From Chrysomallon squamiferum (Eukaryota > Animalia > Mollusca): DNA of 64,000 nt. The DNA is taken from assembly GCA_012295275.1 (NCBI GenBank), contig CM022676.1:1302001-1366000 (forward strand), in the 5' to 3' direction. A program made the position numbers and the translations under genes. This document shows, one piece after another, positions 1 to 36,996 of this stretch. Positions within the stretch are counted from its first letter, which is position 1; every line of letters starts with the position of its first letter. A model generated the notes under the pieces. That model was given only the letters and a program-made list of their open reading frames with translations. It ran no database searches and was not told the DNA's origin.

Positions 1-2585
1 AACATCTGGCTAAATGCCAGTAACTCCATTGGTATCTTGACATAGACATTATTTTCTGTTGATAGACCCCAGTACTACAATTTTTTAGAGGGATTCTTGG
101 AAAACTGTTTCTTATCCTTGTTTAGTTCATGATCATTTTGGTCTGCCTTTGCCACTGTTTTCCTCCATGTGTTATCTCTTTCTTGCACTTTGGGCCACTT
201 GAAAAATTTCACTTACTAAATGATTTAGAGTTTTCCATCCCCAGGATATAAAAGGAATAAAATAACTATTCCAAATTACTTTCTTGTTAGTTAGAGTGAA
301 ATATTCATGTATATGGATATGTTCACTAGCTGGCTTTGGGCTTGGGCATGGGATATACACAGTCGTAAAGTACTAATCTAATCTATCTATCTATCTATCT
401 ATCTATGTATATATTTTTATATTCATCTATATACATTTATAACCATTTTATAACAATTTGCTTCTCATATTTCATTTCAGTATAGGTTTTGTAAGAAACT
501 ATTAGTTGAACTGAATATAAATGATGAATTTGTTATAATAAATTATAAATAAACCGCACCTTTGACAACTGTAAAAACCTGGCAATACCACGAGACATCA
601 AAAATAAATAATTAAATAAATAAAATAATAATAATAATAATAAATTAATAATTAAATAAATAATTGGAAAAAAAAAAAGTCATTCATTTTCTTTTTTCTT
701 CTTCCACATTTTTACTTTTTTTGAACTAAAAATACCACGTATTCATGCATTTCTTATTTCAAAATTCGATAAAAATTTTGAGAGTCAAATTTATGTTTAA
801 AGACTGCCATTGACAAATGTGTTTTGTTCCAAAAATAATATTGCGCAACAATCTACATTAACAAAAATATATTTACTTTTGAAATATTAAATTAATAAAA
901 ACAACCCCAAAACCCCCCAAAAAACAACAACCAAGGAATGACTTAAGACAGAGAAGATAATAAAATAAAAATGAAATAATAAAAAAAAATAATAATCATA
1001 ACAAATCAAATCTGTCAATAAATAATACATTCACTAATTCTTTCTTTCTTTTTGTTCTTCCTTTCTTTCTGTCTTTCTTTCTTTCTTTCTTCATTTATTT
1101 ATTTATCGTTGTGCATTTTGTTATTCTGTAAGACAAATGGAGAAGCTCCGGGTATTTATGGGCTGGTGCTAAAGTTTGGTTCATAATCTGATGAAACCAG
1201 GTATAGGCCTACCACCCATAAAGCCAGACTCAGCTGAGTGCCAGCTGTGATTACAAAGACGTTTGTCTGTGTTCTGGAATTCCTGTTATACTGGCCGAAG
1301 TAGAGGTAAGGATAAAAAAATAATAATAATTAAAAAAAAGTACACAAAATAAAAACAACAACATTATATACTAAACTATATCAATAATTATTATCATAAA
1401 TATTATTAAATAATTGAATACAAACTACTTACTACTACTACTACTACTATTACTACTACTACTAATAATAATAATAACAAAATAAATACATAAATAATCA
1501 TACGAAAAAATAATAAAAGAAATACATGTATATTCAAGATTCATTTGATTTTACTGCAGCATATTGTTGAAAAAATAAAAAAATAAAACTCAAAATATAT
1601 GCTGGAAAAATTTAATATTAATTATTTCGTTATGCAAATGGCCATAATGTATTCACAAAAGTCATAAGTTCTGAAAAACTGAAACTTCTTGCTGACTTAT
1701 ACTGTTTTCTTAATACTTTGACATCAACATGTATAACATAATTTCAAAATTACAAACTACCCCAAAATAGGAAGATTAAGCCCCACAAATTATATGCATC
1801 AAACTAGCATTCATTTTTCATTTTGCTTTATTTATAATGCCAGTAACATCAGTTCAAATAATATGGAATATAAATATTTTTTGAAACTAATGAGCCAAAA
1901 TTTCTATTCAAAGTAATATGCTATGTTAATGTAAGGTCTGTTACAAAAGTGTCTAAAAGTGTATATGAGAAGAAAATCTGAAGGGCTCTAACTATATTCT
2001 TTCTAATTGTATTACTACTAGTCAAGGCAGTTACAAAAATATATCAGTGAGTCGTCAAAGACAGGAAAGAGCTAATCCACGTTAAGGACTGGAATGTTGC
2101 TCAGTACAGTTCATGATAATGAATTCTTTCCTTGACAGGTAAAGTATATTCATGATGGGATGTAGGAAGCGACCATTATCACCGAGCAGGAACCTCGTGT
2201 CTTTCTATATTTGAAAAAATGAAGTAACCGCCACCCATCAAAACCAGTGAAAAAAATGGAGGAATCGCATTTTCCCCCCGATTTCTTTTAACAGTAGATT
2301 TCAATACATGGACACAGTAATCCTAAATATGAAAGAAAAAAGTATATTTAAAATCAGGCTTGTCCCTACCCATCTGTTAAATTGAATGAATGAATATCAC
2401 ACATTTATATTAACGGACAAAATATAACATTTGTCTCATACAATTATAAAATAATTTTCATTAAGCTATCGTCAATATATTTATTGTGTAATTTAAAGGT
2501 TTAAGACAATTTTGAAATAAACTGTCCGTTTGATGTAATAATTGTCACAAAGGATTTCATACTTAAAACACGACCTAAGAATTGT

Positions 2586-2588
2586 ATC

Positions 2589-2649
<61 letters not shown>

Positions 2650-2682
2650 TTAATAATAATAAATAAATAAATAAATAAATAA
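2586..2682. repeat. (AAT)n / (AAAT)n microsatellite
   Basis: Directly visible run upstream of the ABCC start codon. Confidence 0.9.
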
Positions 2683-3076
2683 GAAATGTATTTTTAATTA
2701 TGTTTTTTTTTATTATTTATATTTATTATTATTTTTTATTATTATTATTTTTTTTTTCTGATGGATAACTATTTTTATTATTATTATTAATTTTTTTTCT
2801 TCAGGATACCGTCCAATACATTGAGCATCTTATCAGTCACATGAATTTACAGGTTCAAGGCCACACGAAACAAATAGCTACAAAGACTAAAACTGCATTT
2901 CGTGCCGGTGTCGGCGCTGGTTTCTGAATCGTGTCGATATCGTTTCATGTTCTTATATTTAGAATGCGATTTGTTTATGTCGCTGTCATTTCGGTGCTTT
3001 GCGGTCTCGGGTGACTGAATTTACACCTTTATTGTTCAAGGGAAATAACTACAGATGGGAACGCGCTGAACATAAA

Positions 3077-25366
<22,290 letters not shown>

Positions 25367-27302
25367 GAAATGAAAACAAATCACTAGGAGGTTTTTTCTG
25401 ACTTATTTTCTTTAGGAATGTTCACTTATAGTGGAAGAAATAATATTATTATATTCTTTAGGAAAGTTTGCTTATAACAGGCGTAATATACTTAATTATC
25501 AGAGCAAACTCATTTTTACAAATATATTTCAGATTATTACTATAAAGCTATACACATTTTATACTGGCTTTTTTTTATAGATACTTATTACCTTTTTTCA
25601 TATTATCCAGATATATGAAGATGTATATATATACTTTTTATTTTTTCAATATCAGGTTTCTATTTAAAAATAAATAGAATGAAAAAAGTATTCACTTTCA
25701 CAAATTTAGAGATTTATTTTTGATTGTTATCTAGTAAAAAAATTATTTTGGAAATATTTGCAAATGATCTGCAGGATTAATTGTGAAAACCATGAAAAAT
25801 TGTTAGACATAATTATTGGTATTAATGAATTTGGCAGAAGAATCGGTATTAATGAATTTTGAAAAGCCATAGAAAGTGAAAATATTTCCAGTAATGTTAA
25901 ATGTAACAAGAAAAACAGAATATTGGTTTAATATTTCTGGTAAAGTCACTTATGACAGATTAGTAGTCAGCACAACCTAAAAAGATAGAAACGACATCTT
26001 CAAAACCAATGTGTAATTGTCATTCAAGTTTCAGTATAGCTCATTCTTTGTTCTTAGGTTCAAAATTATTCTTGGGCAATTTTGTTACATGGCATAGATA
26101 ATTTGTTTGTGTTGCATAAAACAAAAAGCTACATACAATAATGTAAATAATATAGCAGAGATATTTAGCAAAAGAAATTTTCATTTATTAAAAAAGTTTT
26201 TTTTTTAGATTTGTATTTTGAAATATTAAACATTATTATAAAGATTTTATGAAACTGCACCTCTTAAAAAAAAAATATTATTAAATATAAAATCAGATGG
26301 AAAGAATATTTTTTGCATCAGTAAAGAAACATGGACTACAAAGAATGTTAGAAAATATATTTTTGGCTCTATGTCATGATGTTGTCTACTTATTAATTAT
26401 GTATGTTGTTATTTATTACACATGCATGTAGTATAATAAGTTTTGTAATTTGGAAATTTTTAAGTTGATATAATTTAACTTTATAATCTAGCAACTTTGT
26501 GATTTGATAGAATTTACAGATTTTTTAAATTATAAACTCTTCTTACTTTGTCAGTAAAATAAAATATTTTGTATATCTGCATATTCATTGGTTGTAAAAT
26601 GTTATTTATTTGTATATATCAAGTGATAGAATTTTGTTATTGTTTATTTTCTTCTGCTTCTGTATTGAAAACTATTGTATTTGTTTGAGGACTTTCACTT
26701 AACTGTTTTGTGTTGGTGTGTGTATCTGTGTATATCAATATCAAAGTGAATATGTGTCTGTGTGTGTGGATGTCACTGTGTCAATGTCAATGTGTTCGTA
26801 AAATTGTTTTGTAATTTAGATTTGTAAGTTTCCATTTGCCGTCCAATTATAAATTATCATCTGTAAATTTTGTTAGATAACACATTATTAAATACCAGCT
26901 GAAGATCTATTACCTAAAGTCATATAATCTTAGAAAGAAAGAAGAGCACACAATACTGAATCATCATTCTCCTGTACAGTATTTTCCAGCTATACTTAAC
27001 TGCCTTTATTCAATGGCTAAATCTAGATTTTTCAACATAATATATATATAACATTTTTTATTGTTTAAAAAAAAAAAAAAAATGAATTAAATTTTACAGT
27101 AACATTATGTGAAAGTTTCTGTAATATAGTTTTTCTTCTTATTATATAATAATTATTTACAAATATTAATATTTAAATCTGTCGGTCCTTATCAAATAAC
27201 TTGAAACAGGTGAATAAATGGTGTCAGGTGAATCATTTACTCTTTTTATTTTTATAAAGCTTTTAATTTCCTTTTTTCCTTCAGCCTTCTTTTTTTTCTT
27301 TC

Positions 27303-27348
<46 letters not shown>

Positions 27349-27720
27349 TAAGTAATTTTCATTTACATTTATTAAAAACAAAAAAGAAAATAATATAGAA
27401 TTTGAATTGTTATTGTTTAGTGCAATGTTACTTTTCATCTGTTAATTGTTGTTTTTTGAATTTTTTTTTTTTTTCATTTTCCTTGAAAGTTTGCATGCCA
27501 GGCTGTAGAAATGAGTGTATTAGAAAAATCATTAGATAATATGTAGATCTTTTCTTTAATGTTATATGTAACAGATTAATTATGTACTGAGATGATGTTT
27601 CTTTATTTACTTATTTATTTTACTTTAATTATTTAAAAAAACAATTATATATATATTTTTATTATTATTAATTTTATTATTATCATTATTATTATTATAA
27701 ATTGTTTATTATTATTATAA

Positions 27721-27754
<34 letters not shown>

Positions 27755-28428
27755 GTATCATCATTGTTTTTTAAAGGATGTTAAAGGATCACTCTGTTAC
27801 AGTTTTGTTAGTATAAACTGATTTTTGTCATTTTTATATTTAATATATTCTAGCTCAGGTTTGTTTTTATTACTTGTAAAATTAGATTCGTTTTTGTTAT
27901 ATTTTTAAGTAATTAGTTAATAAAAATATTCTGATATAACTATCCTAGTTTTTATTACTCATATTTACAGTTATTATAAAACATTAGTTATATTTGTGCT
28001 GGTAAAATTAATAAATTCTTTGGTTATTTTTTCTTTTTTGTTTAATTATAATTTTTTTTCTTTTTCTTTTTTCTTCTTTTTTTAGTGGGGTGATGAGCTC
28101 ATACATTTAAAAAAAAAAAAAAAAAAAAAATGTAGTAATTAAATGAACATAATATAGATAAAATAAATTAACAACAAACATTTTATACACCTATTCAATA
28201 ATTGTCTACATTGTGTTTTAAATTCATACTGAAAGTTGTTTGCTGTTAATAGTGAGGATGTTTGATAGATTACCACTGTATCAGGATACTGGTTTATAGA
28301 TGCATTTATCCAGACATACTCTCTGATTACCAAACCTGGGTGGGAACACCTGGAAGTGTAAACTCTGTATCCATGTACTTATCAGCAATTTTCACCTAAT
28401 AACAAAATGAATGTAATTATATTTAATT

Positions 28429-29257
28429 CAGGGTTCGTACATGTTAAAATTATGTTTTATTCTTGGAATGGACAAGACTATGATGATATGTAAGGAAGAT
28501 TGCCAAAAATATGAATACGATCGCGTCACAAAAGGTGGTCGTGTTCTTTTCTTATTTATTTAAGAACCCATACCTTTAAATTGCCAAAAATCATATCGGA
28601 GGGGGTGGTTGATTTATGAATTTTATTTTCAATTTCAAAGAATATATCCAGCAGATTGCATTAAAAACTTGAAATCATAACTGGTTGGAACAGCTGATTG
28701 TCCTTGCATTAAATCATTAATTATGTGGAAGGTCACCGTGTGCATGTTGATACCAGAAGTATTGTAATCACTTACACTGACTACTTAGCGCTATCACAAG
28801 AAGTCTGCTCTGTCATTCTGGTAGAGGTTTTCAACAAGTATCACCTGTCGTGGACAGTTAAACAGATTTAAAACACTGGAATACCGGAAACGAAATACAG
28901 TTATTTTTAGCAATACGCGCCTCCCGCGTGTCTGGGTGATGCAAGACGTCACGTGACACCGATAAGAGCATCTTAGTTGTGCTAGTGCTTTTACCGCCTG
29001 CTTGTTTAAATGCATACATTTTTTTCACGAGATTACTGAATATAGCAACAATAAATTGTACCAGTACTCTTTGTTTGCAATATTGGTGAAACAAGCCAAT
29101 TTTTCATACATTTATTTACGGCAAGGACATAATTTTCCATAACTTTTCCAAAGCCAAGGTAACAAAACCTGATTTTCCAAAAGTTTTAAGGTGCTGGAAA
29201 ACACTGTGATGAATTTCCAAAACTGTCCAAGACTTTCCAAAACTCGTACGAACCTTG
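28429..29257. mobile_element. Non-autonomous cut-and-paste DNA transposon (~830 bp, MITE-like)
   Basis: 12-bp terminal inverted repeats CAGGGTTCGTAC ... GTACGAACCTTG (1 mismatch); TTAATT on both flanks as candidate target-site duplication; clustered subterminal TTTCCA(A) motifs at the right end; no transposase ORF. Confidence 0.7.
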
Positions 29258-29410
29258 TTAATTATTTATTGTTGTTGTTGTTGTTATCAAATCAGATAAA
29301 AACCCATTCAAATCATCTAAATAAAATTAGATTGGAAGTTACTAGGTAATTAACAGAGGATTAATTTTAGAAGTAATAGTTGTTATTACTGTTGTTATAG
29401 CTGTAGTACC

Positions 29411-29451
<41 letters not shown>

Positions 29452-29519
29452 GTGGTGGTAGTTGTTGAGGTAAAACGGGCAATGTTTTTTAATGTTTTCC
29501 CTCTAGTTATGTCCCAGAT

Positions 29520-30935
29520 AATAATAATAATAAGAAGAAGAAGAAGAAGAAGAACTGTTTTTAAAAATAATAAATTGACACATAACTGTATGTCAAACTT
29601 CACCAGGCTATGTCATACGTATGAAAGTATTATATATAATAACAACATAAATAATATATATAATACCAGCAGTTCTGCAGTGATAACAGCAGCAACAACC
29701 ACAATATTTTTATTTATTTAATTCTTTCTTTCTTTATTTCTTTATTTACACAGCAGTGGACATTTTCTGATTGTTATGCTCTTCTTTCAACTACTTCCTG
29801 ATTTCACTGACTCATTATTCTAAGAATAGGTTTTACCTCACCAGTCTGATTAGTAATAACAGTAACAACAACAATAATTACAGTAATAATAATAACTGGT
29901 AATAGTAGTGGTAGTAGCAGTAGTTGTTTTTGTTGTATTGTTCTAGAGTAGAAATCGCTAAAACAGGGAATTTTTAAAATGTGAAGATGAATATCCGATT
30001 CGTTTTAAATACAATTTGCTAAGTCCTTGCTGTTTGTGAACTAATTTCCGATTGCTTTTGATATACAACATAAATAGACAAACATTACTGACAACTGTTC
30101 TTAATGATTAAATGACAACGACAATAATCTGAGAAAACTCAGCCCATGTATTCTTTTTTTCAGTAGGTTTGTGTTAAATTAGATTCCAACACTAGACACT
30201 CAGTTATTACAGTTTTAAATGCACTGTATTCACAGCATGCCTGCACATATTTACTTTAAACAGACCGGCTAAAACTAATAAGACACGAGACGTATAAAAT
30301 TACAGCCTGTAATGAGTGGTTCACTGGACACATTAATAGATTAACTACATCTTCATCAGTTACCAACAATTCCTTGAAAACCAGGACGTTTTGTTTGTAC
30401 CGTAATGTCATAAACTATCTGAATGCAAACAAACTGATGTTCTGCAATCTGTTAAAGATTATTTTAGTAAATATATATATTTATTAATCCTTTTGTAATA
30501 AATTAAAATTATACTGATACCCACTGACTGAATATTTCTGGAAAACACTGAGTGACTGGCAGTGACAGTCAGAAATATGTTTGAAATTAGGCACAATACA
30601 GAATGAATGTATTTACACAATTATATCAGTAACACATATAAAATTGTAAATACTGAATATTAATATTTATTATAATTTCTTACCCTCTAAAATTGGAAAT
30701 ACTGAATATTAATATTTATTAAATTTTTTCCCTCTAAAATATCACTGTTAATATACAATTTCTGATATATATTCGTGTAAAGAAAATGTTCAAATAACAA
30801 ACTACACCAAAGTCGCTTAGTTATATTATCGAATCTTTATTTGAAAGCGTTGATCATTTGCAGAAACAATGTAACGAAATAAAATAGATACTGCGAATCA
30901 AAAATTCACAAAGCTTGTATTTATAATAATAATAA

Positions 30936-30966
<31 letters not shown>

Positions 30967-33900
30967 AAAAGAAGAACTGCTTTTAAAAATAATAACTTAA
31001 AAATTGCCACATAACTGGATGTCAAACTTCACCAGGCTATGTCATACGTATGAAAGTATTATATATAATAACAACATAAATAATATATATAATACCAGCA
31101 GTTCTGCAGTGATAACAGCAGCAACAACCACAATATTTTTTTTATTTATTTAATTCTTTCTTTCTTTATTTCTTTATTTACACAGCAGTGGACATTTTCT
31201 GATTGTTATGCTCTTCTTTCAACTACTTCCTGATTTCACTGACTCATTATTCTAAGAATAGGTTTTACCTCACCAGTCTGATTAGTAATAACAGTAACAA
31301 CAACAATAATTACAGTAATAATAATAACTGGTAATAGTAGTGGTAGTAGCAGTAGTTGTTTTTGTTGTATTGTTCTAGAGTAGAAATCGCTAAAACAGGG
31401 AATTTTTAAAATGTGAAGATGAATATCCGATTCGTTTTAAATACAATTTGCTAAGTCCTTGCTGTTTGTGAACTAATTTCCGATTGCTTTTGATATACAA
31501 CATAAATAGACAAACATTACTGACAACTGTTCTTAATGATTAAATGACAACGACAATAATCTGAGAAAACTCAGCCCATGTATTCTTTTCAGTAGGTTTG
31601 TGTTAAATTAGATTCCAACACTAGACACTCAGTTATTACAGTTTTAAATGCACTGTATTCACAGCATGCCTGCACATATTTACTTTAAACAGACCGGCTA
31701 AAACTAATAAGACACGAGACGTATAAAATTACAGCCTGTAATGAGTGGTTCACTGGACACATTAATAGATTAACTACATCTTCATCAGTTACCAACAATT
31801 CCTTGAAAACCAGGACGTTTTGTTTGTACCGTAATGTCATAAACTATCTGAATGCAAACAAACTGATGTTCCGCAATCTGTTAAAGATTATTTTAGTAAA
31901 TATATATATTTATTAATCCTTTTGTAATAAATTAAAATTATACTGATACCCACTGACTGAATATTTCTGAAAACACTGAGTGACTGGCAGTGACAGTCAG
32001 AAATATGTTTGAAATTAGGCACAATACAGAATGAATGTATTTACACAATTATATCAGTAACACATATAAAATTGTAAATACTGAATATTAATATTTATTA
32101 TAATTTCTTACCCTCTAAAATTGGAAATACTGAATATTAATATTTATTAAATTTTTTCCCTCTAAAATATCACTGTTAATATACAATTTCTGATATATAT
32201 TCGTGTAAAGAAAATGTTCAAATAACAAACTACACCAAAGTCGCTTAGTTATATTATCGAATCTTTATTTGAAAGCGTTGATCATTTGCAGAAACAATGT
32301 AACGAAATAAAATAGATACTGCGAATCAAAAATTCACAAAGCTTGTATTTATAATAATAATAATAATAAGAAGAAGAAGAAGAAGAAGAAGAAAAGAAGA
32401 ACTGCTTTTAAAAATAATAACTTAAAAATTGCCACATAACTGGATGTCAAACTTCACCAGGCTATGTCATACGTATGAAAGTATTATATATAATAACAAC
32501 ATAAATAATATATATAATACCAGCAGTTCTGCAGTGATAACAGCAGCAACAACCACAATATTTTTATTTATTTAATTCTTTCTTTCTTTATTTCTTTATT
32601 TACACAGCAGTGGACATTTTCTGATTGTTATGCTCTTCTTTCAACTACTTCCTGATTTCACTGACTCATTATTCTAAGAATAGGTTTTACCTCACCAGTC
32701 TGATTAGTAATAACAGTAACAACAACAATAATTACAGTAATAATAATAACTGGTAATAGTAGTGGTAGTAGCAGTAGTTGTTTTTGTTGTATTGTTCTAG
32801 AGTAGAAATCGCTAAAACAGGGAATTTTTAAAATGTGAAGATGAATATCCGATTCGTTTTAAATACAATTTGCTAAGTCCTTGCTGTTTGTGAACTAATT
32901 TCCGATTGCTTTTGATATACAACATAAATAGACAAACATTACTGACAACTGTTCTTAATGATTAAATGACAACGACAATAATCTGAGAAAACTCAGCCCA
33001 TGTATTCTTTTCAGTAGGTTTGTGTTAAATTAGATTCCAACACTAGACACTCAGTTATTACAGTTTTAAATGCACTGTATTCACAGCATGCCTGCACATA
33101 TTTACTTTTAAACAGACCGGCTAAAACTAATAAGACACGAGACGTATAAAATTACAGCCTGTAATGAGTGGTTCACTGGACACATTAATAGATTAACTAC
33201 ATCTTCATCAGTTACCAACAATTCCTTGAAAACCAGGACGTTTTGTTTGTACCGTAATGTCATAAACTATCTGAATGCAAACAAACTGATGTTCCGCAAT
33301 CTGTTAAAGATTATTTTAGTAAATATATATATTTATTAATCCTTTTGTAATAAATTAAAATTATACTGATACCCACTGACTGAATATTTCTGGAAAACAC
33401 TGAGTGACTGGCAGTGACAGTCAGAAATATGTTTGAAATTAGGCACAATACAGAATGAATGTATTTACACAATTATATCAGTAACACATATAAAATTGTA
33501 AATACTGAATATTAATATTTATTATAATTTCTTACCCTCTAAAATTGGAAATACTGAATATTAATATTTATTAAATTTTTCCCTCTAAAATATCACTGTT
33601 AATATACAATTTCTGATATATATTCGTGTAAAGAAAATGTTCAAATAACAAACTACACCAAAGTCGCTTAGTTATATTATCGAATCTTTATTTGAAAGCG
33701 TTGATCATTTGCAGAAACAATGTAACGAAATAAAATAGATACTGCGAATCAAAAATTCACAAAGCTTGTATTTATAATAATAATAATAAGAAGAAGAAGA
33801 AGAAGAAGAAGAAGAAAAGAAGAACTGCTTTTAAAAATAATAACTTAAAAATTGCCACATAACTGGATGTCAAACTTCACCAGGCTATGTCATACGTATG

Positions 33901-34113
33901 AAAGTATTATATATAATAACAACATAAATAATATATATAATACCAGCAGTTCTGCAGTGATAACAGCAGCAACAACCACAATATTTTTATTTATTTAATT
34001 CTTTCTTTCTTTCTTTACACAGCAGTGGACATTTTCTGATTGTTATGCTCTTCTTTCAACTACTTCCTGATTTCACTGACTCATTATTCTAAGAATAGGT
34101 TTTACCTCACCAG
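29520..34113 (+). repeat. ~1.43-kb tandem repeat, 3 full units plus a partial fourth, non-coding
   Basis: Anchor CACCAGGCTATGTCATACG at 29601, 31030, 32455 and 33878 (also at 43975); units nearly identical apart from microsatellite and homopolymer lengths. Confidence 0.92.
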
Positions 34114-34448
34114 TTTTCTCCGAAACGTGATTCAGAGAATTCAGTTACTTTTAACCTTGAACAGTTAAATCAAACTGTTCACTTTTGTTAAGATATTTTA
34201 ATTTCTTTTATTGATAAATTAAATAATCATTTAACTCTCATTGCTTTTTGTCATATTTTTCAAATTTGATTATAATTGTTTAGTTTAATTTTGACAGTGG
34301 CTTTCTCAGCTAGACATAATCTTGGAATTTTCCAAACGCCTCCCTCACCGCAGTTATGCTCCCTAATAATAATAGTAATAATAATAATAATAATAATAAC
34401 AATAACAATAACAATAACAATAACAATAATAATAACAATAACAATAAC

Positions 34449-34490
<42 letters not shown>

Positions 34491-34752
34491 CAGTAATAGT
34501 AGTAGAAGTTGTAATTGTGGGTAGTAGTTGTTGTAGAGCCTGATAGAGTAAAACGGGTAATGTTTAAAAAATAATTAATTATTTTACTTATAAATTAATT
34601 AATCATTTAAGTTATGTATCTTTCTTTTTCTTTTTCTTCTTGTTTTTTTTTCTTCAAATATTTCAAATATCGTAAGAATTGTCACACATATTCTTTAAAT
34701 TTTTCTCGAAAAGGTTTATTTTATTACCATTTCCCCCTCTATTTAGGTCTCA

Positions 34753-34785
<33 letters not shown>

Positions 34786-35863
34786 CACCATAGTAATAGT
34801 AATAATAATTATTATTAATTGTTGTATTAGTAGCAGCAGTTTTTTTGTTGTATTGATGTCGAGCTGTAATTTCTAAACCTGGGAATGTTTTAGAAATAAT
34901 TTATTATAAAATGGGAAGACGAATATCCGATTCGTTTTAAATAAAACTTACTGAGTCCTTGCTGATTGTGAAGGATTTACAACTGGATATATGAATAGAC
35001 AACTGTCATTATTAAACGTAACTGGAAAATATACTTAATGATTTTCTGATGAAGACAATAATCTACAAAAAAACTAGTAAGTTTGTGTTAAATTAGATTA
35101 CAACACTAGACACTAAGTTATTATAGTTTTAAATTCACTGTATTCACAGCATGCTTGCACATATTTACTTGAAACAGAACGTTTTGTTTCTACTATAATG
35201 TAATAATCTCATTAAATGCAAACAAATTGATATTTCGCAATATGTAAAAGTATATTTAAGAAATTATATACATATATATATTTAAAATCCGTTGGTAATA
35301 AAAAAAAAATGATGCTTATACCCACTGACTGAGTATTTCTGGTAAACACTGAGTGACTGGCAGTGACAGTGAGAAATATGTTTGAAATTAGGTACAAAAC
35401 AGAATGAATGTATTTACATATTTATATCAATAACAGGCATAAAATTAAGTCGGAAATATTGACTATTAATATTTATTAAATTTCTTACACTCTAAAATAT
35501 CAGAGTTTATATACAAATTCTGATGTACATTCATGTGAAGAAAATGTTCAAATAACAAACTGCACCACAGTTATACTTATGTTAGGCTTTTTTAAAAACA
35601 ATAACTATTAACTAATGATGATGACTAGTTTAAAAACAGTTATTTATTTTCCTTACAAATTAATTCATCATTTAAGGCACGTTTCTTTTTTTTATTTTTT
35701 TCCTTTTTTTTTTTTTTGCTTTTGTCCTATATGGTTATAATTGTCATATTTTATGTGAACACTGACTTCCGCAGTCACGCATATCGTCGAAATGTTTCTC
35801 AAAATTTTATTTCATTTTTTAAAATTGGTTTTTTCCCAAATAATAATAATAAAAAAAAAAAAA

Positions 35864-35905
<42 letters not shown>

Positions 35906-36117
35906 TGATAATAGTAGTAGTAGTAGCAGTAGCAGTAGTTGTTTTGGTTGTATTGCTGTAATTGCTAAAACTGGGAATGTTTTAAAATAATTTATTGTAA
36001 AATGTGAAGATGAATATCCGCTTCATTATTACTAAAACTTACCGTTATTATTGTTACTTTGCGCAAATATTGCTTTAGATTTTATTTCTTTTTATTCTAA
36101 AGATTGACCGATGAAGA

Positions 36118-36996
36118 ATGGAGACTGCTGATTTGATTAACATGATCGCTAATGGACCCACTTCCCGGGGCATGGCAGTCAGAAGAAAAACAGTTATTGC
36201 CAAGTTATTAAAAGAAGAAAAATACTTTTTGATTTTCATGCAAGAATTTCTTTGGAAAGATTTCCATGTATTTAAGGATGTGCCAGCCGAATGTGTGTAC
36301 AGAGGGAACAGAGAAGCTGATTCGTTTTTTAGAACAGAAACGATGAGATTTCTTGATGACGAAGATGCTCTTAATAACAAATTAATCGAATGCAACATAC
36401 CTGATAATGTCAGCAGTCGTATGAGTGTTTGTATGATGGAAGGAAGATGTTCAAAATTTCTCTTTGTTTCTTGGCATGGACCTAACAAAAGCCCAAGGAA
36501 GTCGCTGTCGCCGAGTTATGGGAGGAGGTCAATAAAAATGTCGCCAGTTTATCCGACGAGCTCAAGAAAAAAGTTCGCCATTTTTCCCAGAAGGTGAATG
36601 AAAATGTCGCCAGTTTTTCCGAGAAGTACAAAAAAAAATCCTGCCGATTCATCCGAGGAGACCAGGAGTATTGCTTTATTCAAGATAAATCGCGCCAGAA
36701 AATTCGGAGAAAAGGTAATTGAGATGAAAGAAAAATCTGGATGTCGTGTGATTGTCAGTGGTGATTTCAATCTGAAAGCAGAAACTGTTCAGAAGTGCAT
36801 TCCTAAAGAACTGCGTGTGATCAGTCCATCTGAAGTCTCAATAGACATGTTCCTGCTTGACAAAACAGTAACACAAATCGGTGATATTGAGTCGGAAAAG
36901 TTGGACGATGTTGACGGAAAAGGAGCGTTCGATCATCCCCTGCTAAAGTTAAAAGTTGAACTATATATAAGATGCCCCTGGTGCTTCTTTGAGTAA
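36118..36996 (+). CDS. Stand-alone EEP (endonuclease/exonuclease/phosphatase) domain protein, type A copy 1 (~292 aa consensus), interrupted by four homopolymer indels
   Basis: Motifs INMIANG, FMQE, SWHGP, IVSGDFN, SIDMF, FDHP. Four compensating 1-nt indels in A/T runs at ~36487-36638 relative to A2; start and stop are in the same frame. Either an error-containing intact gene or a young pseudogene. Confidence 0.75.

Noticed and set aside
1-2330. Higher-complexity patches (1-365, 1130-1310, 2050-2330) as exons of an upstream or divergent gene
   Set aside because: No recognisable protein and no consistent splice or phase chain on either strand.
36480-36640. Programmed frameshifting or phase variation in EEP type A
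   Set aside because: All indels are 1-nt changes in homopolymers and differ between two near-identical copies; long-read consensus error is the simpler explanation until reads are checked.
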